The position numbers and the translations under genes were made by a program. A DNA stretch of 64,000 nt from Cenarchaeum sp. (GTDB lineage: Archaea > Thermoproteota > Nitrososphaeria > Nitrososphaerales > Nitrosopumilaceae): contig CBDESU010000002.1 of NCBI GenBank assembly GCA_965242695.1, positions 224,001 through 288,000 of the forward strand, read 5' to 3'. The notes beneath the pieces were generated by a model. The model was not told the origin of the DNA. It ran no database searches and saw only the letters and a list, made by a program, of their open reading frames with translations. Shown piece after piece: positions 1-9,364 of this stretch. Positions within the stretch are counted from its first letter, which is position 1, and each line of letters begins with the position of its first letter.

Positions 1-130
1 GCATACGGGCCATCCTCATCGGGTCCCCCCTGCAACGCCGGGATACACCGACAACGGCGGCGATCACCGGCTCGCCGCGCCCAAGCTGCCCATGACTTTC
101 AACGGAAAAAACCCCTCGCGGGCGGGCCGT

Positions 131-379
131 TCAGTCCTGCCCGCCTGCGGTACGGCACGGCTTGTCGGGGCGCCTGTCTTCAAACGGCCTCACCTCGATC
201 CTGTCCTTGCTGAACGTCTCGTAGTCCACCAGGCCGGCGCGGACGGGCGCGTACTCGTCGTACTGCGCCTGCGTCTCGGCAACCGTCAGCGGCTTGCCGG
301 TCGCCTTGTTGTAGACCATGCCGCTTGCGATGGCCTCCCTGCACAGCTCGGTGTCCCTCTCGGTCCACTTTCTAGCCAT
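131..379 (-). CDS. small hypothetical protein (~82 aa)
   Basis: Protein-like composition (MARKWTERDTELCREAIASG...) unlike the Arg/Pro/Gly-rich shadow frames. Start placed at ATG 379; the ORF track starts at 442. Confidence 0.5.
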   Translation of the reverse strand: MARKWTERDTELCREAIASGMVYNKATGKPLTVAETQAQYDEYAPVRAGLVDYETFSKDRIEVRPFEDRRPDKPCRTAGGQD

Positions 380-740
380 AGTTCCTGCCATGCCGGGGGC
401 CGGACTGCGGCCGCATATGAACGTGCCTTCAGGCATGGTCACGCCCTGCCCCGCCGCGGCGGGGGCGGAGTGGGCTGCGGCGATCCACGGGGTGCGGACT
501 GCACACGAACTGTCGGCCGAGGGCCGGCTTTTTCACGGCATCGGGGGAAGATGCAGTGCGCGGTGCCGCAGTCGGCGCCGCTGTGCCGTGCAGGCTGCCG
601 AAAAAGGCGGCAGCGCATGGCGCGTTGATGGCGGTGCTCATGCCGCATGGCATGCCGCCTGCAGGCATGCACGCCGACATCTCAAGCAGGGATGCCGTCC
701 CGCAAGAAAATCGCGCTGAAAAAAAAAAGAGTCTGCCCTG

Positions 741-1055
741 TCATTCCTCGATCATGAGGGGTATCGGCTCTTCGAGCAGCTCCTCCGTGAGGCGGCCGGC
801 CCTGGGCCTGGCGTTGCGCACGATCTCGAGCATCTTTTCGACGTCTTCCGGCACGTTGACCTCGGCCACCCCGTGCGGGCATCTCGACTTGAGCCGTAGG
901 TACTCGTGGGCAAATGCCCGGCCCATGAACGCGACCCCCGCAAAGTCCAGCTCCGCCTCGCCATCCCTGAAGGCGGCGTGGTCGAACAGGTGCACGGCCG
1001 TCCCGCGCAGCGCCAAGTTCTTGGCCACCTCTTCCACTACCATCAGCCTTGTCAT
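741..1055 (-). CDS. STAS-like (DUF4325-type) small protein
   Basis: Motif ELDFAGVAFMGRAFAHEY...VNVPEDVEKMLEIV fits STAS-like domains. Minus-strand TTTATA (1080-1085) lies ~25 nt before ATG 1055. Confidence 0.7.
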   Translation of the reverse strand: MTRLMVVEEVAKNLALRGTAVHLFDHAAFRDGEAELDFAGVAFMGRAFAHEYLRLKSRCPHGVAEVNVPEDVEKMLEIVRNARPRAGRLTEELLEEPIPLMIEE

Positions 1056-1496
1056 CGGGGGCGGGGCGATTCGGTGCGGTATAAACCGTTGCAGGGGCGG
1101 CCGCGGTGTTAATGCACACTCAGGCGCAGGGCGCCTAGCGCAGGCGCTACACAGGAGACGCCCTGCGCCTGCCAACACCTAATCCGTGCTGCTATTGCCA
1201 TGCCTATCGTTGAAAGATACTAGCAGTATTGATTCACATATGCGGCGTGTCTGCATCCCATGAAGAAACGGACAGCGACAATGCCGTACCGGCCTGCAAT
1301 TGCAACGATTGTGTCCGCTGCGCAGCCCACGCACCAGCGGCGCCGCCTCCGCCGGCGACGGCCGGGCCGGGGCCCCAAGGAGGGCGGCGGCCGGGGCCCC
1401 AAGGAGGGCGGCGGCGGCCCGATCGCGCCTAGCGCCGCGCTCGCAGGTGGCGGGAACCGCCGGCGCAGGGGGCGCCTAGGCAGTCCGAAGGAGCCG

Positions 1497-2377
1497 TCAT
1501 GCATCGCCGATCCTGATCGCGCAGCGGCCGCCTCCGCCTCCGGCGCGCAGGCCGCCGTTCCTGTCCGGGCGCCTCGCAAATTCCTTCACGTCGATCCCGT
1601 CGTCCGGCGGGACGCGGCCGCGAAAGCCGCTCCCGCGCGCGCCGTCCCCGCCCCTGTCCAGACATGCGGCCTCGCACGCCCGCCTGCGCGCCTCCGCCGC
1701 CTCGCGGTATTCTTGGCGGTTCAGTTTCTGGCCGCCGCGCACCCTGACCGCGCCGCCCCTGATCGCAAACCCGCAACCGCCCGCACCGCCGCACAGGCGG
1801 GAAATCGGCCCAGAGGGGATGCTTTCGACATTTTTCCGCCCGCGGCCCCTCAGGACGGCGGCGGCAGGTCCCGCGGCGGCGCCCGCATCGACGCGGGCGG
1901 TCCCGTCGACGGGCCTTGGGCCGCAAATCCAGCAGACCCCCTCCGCATGCTCGCGGCAAGCGGCGCGCAGAGGTACCACGCGTCGTCTATGAGGGTGCAC
2001 CCGAGCAGGCCGGCCTTGGCGCCTCGCGTCTAGCCGCTTGTCCCGACCGCGGGCAGGACAAGAACGAAGAGGCCGCCTCCGGCCCCAAAAGGAGCGGGGC
2101 CTGGCCGGAAGGCGCCCCAAAGGAGCTGGGGCGGCCGGGCAGGGGCCGCTTGAACTGCAGCGGCACGTACCTGCCGTCCAGCAGCCCGACCTGGGAGTCG
2201 CAGCCCATGCGGGCCTCTGCATTCTGGGCCGGCGATGCCATCGCGATGCCGCCCTCGGCAGGGCCTCCCCCGCCCTCAGGGCAGCTTGCCAGGCAACGGA
2301 GCACGTTCACCTCGAGGGACGTCTCGCTCGGCTGCGGGCGCTCCGTACAGGAGCGCTCGCCCGGCTGCGGGCGCCAT
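1497..2377 (-). pseudogene. frameshifted paralogue of the PD-(D/E)xK-like gene at 5525-6421
   Basis: Shares SE[T/M]SLEVNVLR, MASPxQNAEA, DSQV..DGRYV.LQFKRPLP and terminal AIRIGDA with 5525-6421, but the homology is split over different frames. Confidence 0.75.
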
Positions 2378-2916
2378 CGGGCTGGCGCCTGCACGGCATC
2401 GGCACGATCCACGCCCCCCCCCCCCATCTCGGACGGGCCGCCGGCAGGCTTGGGAACCCCGCCTCGAGCCGCCGGCGCGGCGCAGTCGGCCTCCTGCACC
2501 TCCACCCCCTCCGTCGCGGCGTCAGATACGGCTGCTGCGCGTCGAGGCGCGGCACGTCCCCTGGGACGGCAGGGCGGGCCGCAGGCCGGCACGGGCGACC
2601 GCCGCCGCGCGGCGGCGCTGGGCCCAATGGTTGAACCCATGTAAACCCCCGCGGGCGCGGCGGCTTATCGGGCGGTCTTAATTTTCAGCCACCAGCCGCG
2701 CCGTGTCCGCAGGGGCAGTGCGGGAGCAGTCCGCGTCTCTGGACGCGCTGCACGGGTTTGCGTTCCATCCCCAGGTCAGAACCGCCTGCCGCCTACAGAG
2801 TCCAACGCCCCACGGTTGCCATGAACCACGCCATCTTGGACGCAGCGCCTAGCGGCGCCTGCTGAACGTCAGGAGGCCGAACCTCGCAGTCCGGCCCGCT
2901 TTATATACAAACAATC

Positions 2917-2924
2917 TTTTTATA
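2917..2924 (+). promoter_or_regulatory. archaeal TATA box for the 2953 ORF
   Basis: TTTTTATA in an AT-rich patch ~28 nt upstream of ATG 2953. Confidence 0.55.
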
Positions 2925-2952
2925 GTCGGTCGGCGCACCTGCGCCGACCGAC

Positions 2953-3225
2953 ATGCCATCAATAAGCACGGATCAGCACAACACGGCGTACGTGCAAACA
3001 GGCCTGTTGCGGTGTCCGCACCACAGGCGGGAGACGGTCCGAGCGCGGCCCCCGAGCGCCGGGGTCGACGTGCAGGGGCCGGGCCACAGCGACGAGTACA
3101 TCAAGTCGTGGCAGGCGCTCATGCCCTTGGACGCCCGGAACCTAACACCCGAGCAGAGGCGTATAATCCTAGACAAGCTGTACCGCCGGCACTTCATAGT
3201 GTACGACCGGCTCGCGGAGATCTAG
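2953..3225 (+). CDS. small protein upstream of Doc/Fic gene, putative antitoxin
   Basis: 90 aa with own TATA box. The helical C-terminus (ILDKLYRRHFIVYDRLAEI) resembles Doc-neutralising antitoxin tails. A second copy lies downstream of the toxin gene. Confidence 0.5.
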   Translation: MPSISTDQHNTAYVQTGLLRCPHHRRETVRARPPSAGVDVQGPGHSDEYIKSWQALMPLDARNLTPEQRRIILDKLYRRHFIVYDRLAEI

Positions 3226-3349
3226 CACGGGCGGTTGCATGTGATGCCGCCTTTGCCACATGCTAGACGCGGGATCGCGCTCAAGGAGCGCCCGCTCCGC
3301 GGCGTCCATGCTGGTACGGCGAAGGCAGAAGGGGCGGGGCGAACGACAC

Positions 3350-5113
3350 ATGGTTATCTATAGCCTGGCGTACGACGACATAATGGACATGCTCGGGACG
3401 CTAAACCGCCGTCATTGCGTGAATGCCACGGTAATGAACAAGGGCCAGCTAGAAGCGGCCCTAGAAAAACCGGATTTGTCCATGTTCGGCAAAGTGTTCT
3501 ATCCCGAACTGCATCAAAAGGCCGCAATTCTTATGGAGTCTCTCTGCAAATCCCACTGTCTAAGCGACGGGAATAAACGCACATCGATGATGGCGGCGGA
3601 GTACCTGGTCAGCGCAAATGGCGCTACGCTCGTACTTCCGCTAAAATCCATACGCCTAACTGTCGATTGCGCCATGGACAAAGACGACAAGATGTCCGAC
3701 GAGCTGATCATGTGGTTCAAGACCCACATCGCTCAAGACCCGATCCAGCTCTCCATAATGTTTGAAGAGCTGATCGAGGAGCGGTTGATCGTGACCACGC
3801 TACTGAGCCAAGGCGAGTATGACAAGGCTGAGAAGATTGTCGACAAATGGCTTGTTTTTGACAATTATCCCGAAAGCAAGGCGATGTGGGATGATCTGAC
3901 GGACAAATGGAAAAAGCGAGACAGATCGATGGGATCTGAGCCGGGGGCGTCACGATCGAATTTTTCTCCATGGCTGTCTATAAGCCCCGAACTCAGAATA
4001 GAGGACAGTGTTAACCTTGCATCGATCCTGCCTGATGCCAGAGCAACCAACCCCGTTTATACGGAACACAGCATGAGCGAGCTAAAAAGGGTAGAAAATT
4101 ACATACAGGCGCAATCTGCACAGAGTAGTACGTCTTCGCTGCAGCGGGCAGCAGGCATCTTGGAAGGCTTCCACAGTCACAAGAATGCGTGTTTGGTTTA
4201 CGACAAGTTGATCGAAGTGGAGGGGAGGAGCAATCGCATTATGCATCGCAAGTTGTTTAACTTAGTCTTTAGCGAGCAATACAATGAAGCGCTGGCCTTG
4301 TCGAACCAGTTGCTAGAGTTGGATCAAAACTCCGTCCACGTAAACAGACTCAGAGCCAGAACGTGCGACATCATGGGAGATCGTTTGTCGGCACTGGAGT
4401 CTGCAAACCGAGTCCTAAAACAGATCCCGGATGATCTCCCCATGCTTAAAATCAAGGTGGACATAATCCGTGAGGATTATCCGTCGGACGCCACAAAACT
4501 GGACAGGGAAATATACCGCCTAGACCCCGACGATCTCGTGTCAGCTAAAAATATGGCGGTGTCGCTATCCGATCAGGGCAGAAACGAGGAAGCCATAAAA
4601 CTATTTGACAAAATACTGTCCAGAGCGCCCCGAGATGCCGCGGCGCATTATAGCAAGGGGCTATGTCTGTCACGCTTGGACAAAAACGAGGATGCGCTGA
4701 CATATTATGAAAAATCACTGCAAGTCGACCCAAGATATGTCATGGCGTTAATTAACATGGGAGCCATCTATATGAATGATGACAAAAAGAATGAAGCGTA
4801 TGACTGCCTATCCAAAGCGCTGAAATTGAGCCCCGAACACCCCATTGGTCTGCTAAATATGGGGGTAGTGCTACTGTCGCAGGAAAATGCTCAAGAGTCT
4901 ATCAACGTGCTCAACAAACTCCTTTCGGTCGATCATCTTAATGCCAACGGCATGTACTTGCTAGCACAGGCATACGTAAAACGTGATAAAACAGTCCACT
5001 CGCTTGACATTCTAGAGCGCCTTGTAAACATAGACCCGTCCTACAAATCTCGGATAAAAAATGACCCCAATTTTTATCAATTGCGAGACTTGCGCCGCTT
5101 TCAAAATCTGTAG
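3350..5113 (+). CDS. Doc/Fic-family toxin domain fused to C-terminal TPR repeats (~587 aa)
   Basis: Doc signature LEAALEKP...FYPELHQKAAILMESLCKSHCLSDGNKRTS, then multiple TPRs (AAAHYSKGLCL, ALINMGAIY, GLLNMGVVL). Visibly AT-richer than flanks. Start set at ATG 3350. Confidence 0.85.
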   Translation: MVIYSLAYDDIMDMLGTLNRRHCVNATVMNKGQLEAALEKPDLSMFGKVFYPELHQKAAILMESLCKSHCLSDGNKRTSMMAAEYLVSANGATLVLPLKSIRLTVDCAMDKDDKMSDELIMWFKTHIAQDPIQLSIMFEELIEERLIVTTLLSQGEYDKAEKIVDKWLVFDNYPESKAMWDDLTDKWKKRDRSMGSEPGASRSNFSPWLSISPELRIEDSVNLASILPDARATNPVYTEHSMSELKRVENYIQAQSAQSSTSSLQRAAGILEGFHSHKNACLVYDKLIEVEGRSNRIMHRKLFNLVFSEQYNEALALSNQLLELDQNSVHVNRLRARTCDIMGDRLSALESANRVLKQIPDDLPMLKIKVDIIREDYPSDATKLDREIYRLDPDDLVSAKNMAVSLSDQGRNEEAIKLFDKILSRAPRDAAAHYSKGLCLSRLDKNEDALTYYEKSLQVDPRYVMALINMGAIYMNDDKKNEAYDCLSKALKLSPEHPIGLLNMGVVLLSQENAQESINVLNKLLSVDHLNANGMYLLAQAYVKRDKTVHSLDILERLVNIDPSYKSRIKNDPNFYQLRDLRRFQNL

Positions 5114-5178
5114 TCACGACGAAAAATTTAGAGATGGCAGGGCAATTACACAGTTTAATTTTGTAATAATCCAGTTCG

Positions 5179-5450
5179 ATGAAATGTACAAGGTGGCCTC
5201 CATATCATTGCGGACACCAACTGACAGGCCATTTACCCTGCACGCGACATGAACGGGAGACGGGTCGGGCGCAGTCACCGAACACCGAGGGCACCGCGCA
5301 AGAGCCGGGTCACAGCGACGAGTGCATCAGGTCATGGCAGGCGCTCATGTCCTTGGACGCCCGGAACCTGACACCCAAGCAGAGGCAGACGATCCTAGAC
5401 AAGTTGCACAGCGGCACTCCATACTGTGCGACCGGCTCGCGGAGACCTAG
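5179..5450 (+). pseudogene. degenerate second copy of the 2953-3225 antitoxin-like ORF
   Basis: Aligns with ~3030-3250 (GHSDE.I.SWQALM.LDARNLTP.QR..ILDKL). An indel near 5410 shifts the frame off the shared TAG at 5448-5450. Confidence 0.65.
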
Positions 5451-5524
5451 CACGGGCGGTCGTGCGCGATGCCGCCCTGGCGGCGGCCGGACGCGGGAAT
5501 GCGCCGGGCGGAGCGGCAGGGCAG

Positions 5525-6421
5525 TCATGCATCGCCGATCCTGATCGCATAGCGGCCGCCTCTGGCAGCAGAGGCGGTGCCCGTTCCGCTCCCGCCAGGA
5601 CTCTCCGTGTTGCCCTCTTCGCGCGCGTGCCCAAGCGCGGTCGGGACCTCGGAGGCGGGTGCGTGCAGGTCTCCCCCGTCCTTGTAGTCAGGGTGCGCCT
5701 CTGCATGCGCCCGTGCGCGCCCCGCTGCCGCCTCCCTCCATTCCTTGCAGCCCCACTTCCCGCCGCCGCGCATCCTGACCGAGCCGCCCCTTACTGCAAA
5801 CCCAAGGCCGCCCGTGCCGTCGCACATGCTCGAAATCGGCCTGGAGTAGAGTCCCTCGATCCACTTCCGCCCGCGTCCCTGCGAGACGTCGACGGCGGCC
5901 CCTGCGCCGGCAGCGGCATCGGCGGCGTCAACGCGGACGGTCCGGACGAACGTCTTGGCACTGCGAACCCAGCGGCGGCCCTCCGTCGTGCTGGCCGCAA
6001 GCGGCATGTAGAGGTCCCACGCGTCGACGACGAGGGTGCGGCCGAGCAGGCCGGCCCTGGCGCCCCACATCTTGCCGTTCGTCCCGACCGCGGGCAGGAC
6101 AAGGAACGAGGATGCCGGGCAGGTCTTCAGGAGCGCCGAGACCTGGCGGGAGGGCACCTTGAAGGACAGCGTGTCGCCGCTTGGCAGGGGCCGCTTGAAC
6201 TGCAGCAGCACGTACCTGCCGTCCGGCAGCTTGACCTGCGAGTCGTAGCCTAGGAGGGCCTCTGCATTCTGGGTCGGCGATGCCATCTCAACATAGCCCT
6301 CCTCAAGGGGTACCTTGCGCTCGATGCAGTTTGCTAGGTAGCGGAGCACGTTCACCTCGAGGGACATCTCGCTCGGTGCGGACGCGCCGGACAGGAGCGT
6401 TCGCTTGGCTGCGGGCGCCAT
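5525..6421 (-). CDS. putative PD-(D/E)xK (restriction-endonuclease-fold) protein (~298 aa)
   Basis: Motifs SEMSLEVNVL, EALLGYD...VLLQFKRP resemble E..GYD..QFK nuclease-fold families. ATG 6421 is ~25 nt downstream of minus-strand TATTA. Confidence 0.55.
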   Translation of the reverse strand: MAPAAKRTLLSGASAPSEMSLEVNVLRYLANCIERKVPLEEGYVEMASPTQNAEALLGYDSQVKLPDGRYVLLQFKRPLPSGDTLSFKVPSRQVSALLKTCPASSFLVLPAVGTNGKMWGARAGLLGRTLVVDAWDLYMPLAASTTEGRRWVRSAKTFVRTVRVDAADAAAGAGAAVDVSQGRGRKWIEGLYSRPISSMCDGTGGLGFAVRGGSVRMRGGGKWGCKEWREAAAGRARAHAEAHPDYKDGGDLHAPASEVPTALGHAREEGNTESPGGSGTGTASAARGGRYAIRIGDA

Positions 6422-6685
6422 CGGGCGGGCACCCCGCACGGGCGTAATAGCGCTTTGCCGTCCGATCGCCTTGATGCCGTCAGCCGTCACAAGGGCCATT
6501 GCGGCGAGCCGCCCGAGCGCCCCGCGCCACCTGCGGCCAGGGTGCGGGCAGGGGGCGCAGTCGGCCCGCCGCTCCCGCACCCCGTGCCGCCTGCGCAGGC
6601 GCTCCCGAGATGTAGCTGCCGCCCCGCCAAGCAATGCCGCCGGAAGCGCCGCGCCCCGAGCGCCGCGGCGGCCTTGGACTGCGGC

Positions 6686-7156
6686 TCACCACATCTCGTA
6701 CTTGCTGAGCGCGGCGTACTCGGGGTACCTTGCATAGACGTGCCTCAAGAGGTCGGGCAGGGCGGTGTCGTTGAACTCGGCCTTTATTTCCTCAAGCTTG
6801 TCGTACGCCTTGTTGAAGCCGTATTCTTCGTACCGCGGATCGGACAAGAGCCTGCCGGCGGTCTCCCTGCCCGCCTCGGTGATGGTATAGGTGTACACCG
6901 TCCTGGCGGGGCGATCAGAGTCTGACCTGCCCTCGCCTATCAGCCCGTCCGACGTGAGCGCGTCGATGTCCCGCTGAAGCGTCTTCGAGTACGGCCCGTA
7001 GTCGAACGGGGCAAAGCCCAAGTTGGGAATGCGCTCATCGTCCTTGAGGTGCTCCCGCATGAGAAAGATCATCTTTTGGAAGCGCGTCCGGCCTCGGACG
7101 GGCGCGCCGCCGCATGCATGCGCCAAGAGGAGCGGGTATACCTGCCTAGGAGTCAA
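6686..7156 (-). CDS. YwgA / DUF4065 (SocA/Panacea-like) protein (~156 aa)
   Basis: GRTRFQKMIFL...FAPFDYGPYSKTLQRDIDAL...YTITEAG...LLRHVYARYPEY. TTG start overlaps the stop of the upstream TrmB-like gene. Confidence 0.75.
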   Translation of the reverse strand: MTPRQVYPLLLAHACGGAPVRGRTRFQKMIFLMREHLKDDERIPNLGFAPFDYGPYSKTLQRDIDALTSDGLIGEGRSDSDRPARTVYTYTITEAGRETAGRLLSDPRYEEYGFNKAYDKLEEIKAEFNDTALPDLLRHVYARYPEYAALSKYEMW

Positions 7157-7886
7157 GATCCGGCACCCTAACCTCCTTGCCTGCCTTAAACCCCCTCTTG
7201 AACCTTTCCACATGCGGCGCCGCAAAGCTGCGATCCCTGACCAGCAGGGCGCAGTCGGGCGCCTCAAACCTGGCCATGACGACCTCGTCGTCAATCAGGC
7301 AGCACGTCTCAATGTCCCTGCACGTGCGGGCCTCTGCCCCGCGCATGTAGGGCTCGCCCGACATTGAAAGGGACTCGGGCACGGCCAGCTCGACCTTCAC
7401 CGTCTCCGCCTTTTTTGCCAGCATCTCGGCATGCGCATCAAGCCACCGCAGGTCGCGATCCGCTATCCTCACCGACTCCTTGCAGCCGGCCAAGAGCTCG
7501 TGCATCTGCACCTGTATGCCTCCCATGCCGTACACCGTCCAGCAGGCCGCGCTCCGGGCACCCTGCGCGTGCCTCTCCTCGTACGCCTCTTCGGCCGCGC
7601 CGACTGCCGCGTCCCTTGATGCCTGAAGGGCCGTGAGCTCCTTGTCGAGGACCCCCCGCGGGTGTTGCGCGTCGTACAGGGCGGGCCTGTCGCCGATCTT
7701 TACGATGACGCCCCTCTGGTTGAGCTCCTCAAGGACGGAGTATATCTTGCCCTGGGCGACCCCCGACCTAGCAGCCAGGTCGGCTGGCTTCATCACCCCC
7801 TGCTCGACCAGGGTGGCATAGACGGATGCGTTGCCCTCGCTCCAGCCGATCCCCTTTAACGCCTCGACGAGGCGATCGCGGGCCAT
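7146..7886 (-). CDS. TrmB-family transcriptional regulator (wHTH + effector-binding domain)
   Basis: LKGIGWSEGNASVYATL...LAARSGVAQGKIYSVLEELNQRG...RPALYDAQHP is the TrmB N-terminus. TTATAA at 7911-7916 lies 25 nt before ATG 7886. Confidence 0.88.
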   Translation of the reverse strand: MARDRLVEALKGIGWSEGNASVYATLVEQGVMKPADLAARSGVAQGKIYSVLEELNQRGVIVKIGDRPALYDAQHPRGVLDKELTALQASRDAAVGAAEEAYEERHAQGARSAACWTVYGMGGIQVQMHELLAGCKESVRIADRDLRWLDAHAEMLAKKAETVKVELAVPESLSMSGEPYMRGAEARTCRDIETCCLIDDEVVMARFEAPDCALLVRDRSFAAPHVERFKRGFKAGKEVRVPDLDS

Positions 7887-8005
7887 CCGGCCGCGCCGCC
7901 TCATGCTCCCTTATAACAATACTATCGTACGCGGGGCCAACCTGTGTTCATCCGTGAGTTTTTTTGAGTGCTTTTATATAGGGGGGTAGAAGGCCCCCCG
8001 GCAAG
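7887..8005. promoter_or_regulatory. divergent promoter region with two TATA boxes
   Basis: TTATAA (7911-7916, leftward gene) and TTTATATA (7973-7980, rightward gene) each sit ~25 nt from the start codon in a 119-bp AT-richer gap. Confidence 0.7.
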
Positions 8006-8302
8006 ATGAGGAAAAATGTCATCGTCATCGATGCCGCCAACGCCCGAGAGGCAAGCGTGAGCGTCGATGACGGCGAGACAATCGACTCTGCCCTCGACAG
8101 GGGGTACGAGGAGCTCGGAGAGACGCGCCGCCCCAACGCCCATTTTGTGGACGGAGAGGGGAATAGCCTCGACGGCAAGCTGAGCGAGCCGGTCCGCACG
8201 ATCGAGACCGACCAGGACGGCAACACGACCATCGAGATCAGGAGCCCCACAGGGGGCGCCTGCCTTTTTTCTATCGGAGGGGACGGGGATGGCGCCTGCT
8301 AG
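8006..8302 (+). CDS. ubiquitin-like (beta-grasp) protein with internal GG and short C-terminal extension (BilA-like)
   Basis: 98 aa acidic protein with a beta-beta-alpha-beta pattern ending IEIRSPTGG|ACLFSIGGDGDGAC. First gene of an E2-JAB-E1-JAB operon. Confidence 0.7.
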   Translation: MRKNVIVIDAANAREASVSVDDGETIDSALDRGYEELGETRRPNAHFVDGEGNSLDGKLSEPVRTIETDQDGNTTIEIRSPTGGACLFSIGGDGDGAC

Positions 8303-8819
8303 GCCCGACACCGCGATCGCCCGATCGCAGTTCAAAGAGGACCTGATCAAGGTCGCGGGCAGCAGGCGCGCCAGGCAGCACGGCTGGCTGTTCAAGCCGG
8401 ACTACAAGGGCCTGCGCCTGCGCGTCGACATGTGGTCGCTTGACAAAGGCTGCGAACGGCGCGACGACTACCACATAGACATGGACATGTCGTACTACCG
8501 CGACTGGCCGCCCGGCGTGACCTTTGTCAACCCGGACACGGGATCCTTCGATCCGAACAGGGACGCGCGGTGGCTTCCCGCAAACCCCGCCATGAACCCA
8601 CCCGGCGTCAATATCGGCTACCACCTCTCGTACACCCTGACCGACGGCGTGACCAAGCAGATGGTCTGCAACTCGATGGTGCTAGAGTACTACCAGTCGA
8701 ACCATGCGCCCAAGCCCGAAGAGGTGTGGGATTCCAGGCGCCACACCCTGCATGCGACCCTGACGGTGCTCCAAGACCTGCTAAGGGAGCCGTACTACGG
8801 AGGTCGACGCTCGCAATGA
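8289..8819 (+). CDS. E2/UBC-like conjugating enzyme (BilB-like)
   Basis: UBC-like YHIDMDMSYYRDWPPGVTFVNP and candidate catalytic Cys in QMVCNSMVLEYYQSNH...W. Overlaps the Ubl stop, with ATGA coupling to the next gene. Confidence 0.75.
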   Translation: MAPARPDTAIARSQFKEDLIKVAGSRRARQHGWLFKPDYKGLRLRVDMWSLDKGCERRDDYHIDMDMSYYRDWPPGVTFVNPDTGSFDPNRDARWLPANPAMNPPGVNIGYHLSYTLTDGVTKQMVCNSMVLEYYQSNHAPKPEEVWDSRRHTLHATLTVLQDLLREPYYGGRRSQ

Positions 8820-9364
8820 GCCCCTCTCAGGACGCTATCCCGATCGCGGCTGCGGGCGACGGCAAAAGGACGCTCCTTGTCCAGAAAAGCCTCGTCGAGG
8901 AGACGTACCGCATGTTCGAGCGAAACAGGTGCAGGCAGAGGGTGTCGGTCGCCTACTGGTACGGGACAGGACGGCCGCAACTCGGGACAAGCGCCGTCCT
9001 GTCCTTGGGAGTGCCCCGGGCCGAGTGCAATGTGGTCGACTACCATGTGGAAGAGCCAGAGATCGCCCGCCTCGGCCACGCAATAAGGAGACAGGCGCCG
9101 GGGTCGATGGGGTCGCTGGCGCAGTTCTATACCCAGCCGAGCGGGGACGGACGACACTCCAAGAACGAAGACCTCAACGCCATCAGCCTGCGCGACGGCT
9201 TTCTGTCCCTGGCCGCGCCCTACTACGGGAAGAGGACGGAGCCGCTCATGGGCAACATAACCGTGCACGAGTGCTGGAAGGGCCGCTGGCGCGTACTGGG
9301 AGAGTCGGAGCGCCCTGGGCGCATCAAGATCATCGACAGCCTTGTCGACATGGAGGCGGGCTGA
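8816..9364 (+). CDS. JAB/MPN-domain protein lacking catalytic residues (pseudo-deubiquitinase, 182 aa)
   Basis: Paralogue of 11107-11847, but RVSVAYWYG / QFYTQP...HSKNED replaces EESVVYWYG / QFHTHP...HSDHDD. ATG 8816 overlaps the E2 TGA. Confidence 0.8.
   Translation: MSPSQDAIPIAAAGDGKRTLLVQKSLVEETYRMFERNRCRQRVSVAYWYGTGRPQLGTSAVLSLGVPRAECNVVDYHVEEPEIARLGHAIRRQAPGSMGSLAQFYTQPSGDGRHSKNEDLNAISLRDGFLSLAAPYYGKRTEPLMGNITVHECWKGRWRVLGESERPGRIKIIDSLVDMEAG

Noticed and set aside
1366-1414. 24-bp tandem duplication (also a ~25-bp direct repeat at ~49731-49802)
   Set aside because: Only two copies each in GC-rich intergenic DNA; no supportable function.
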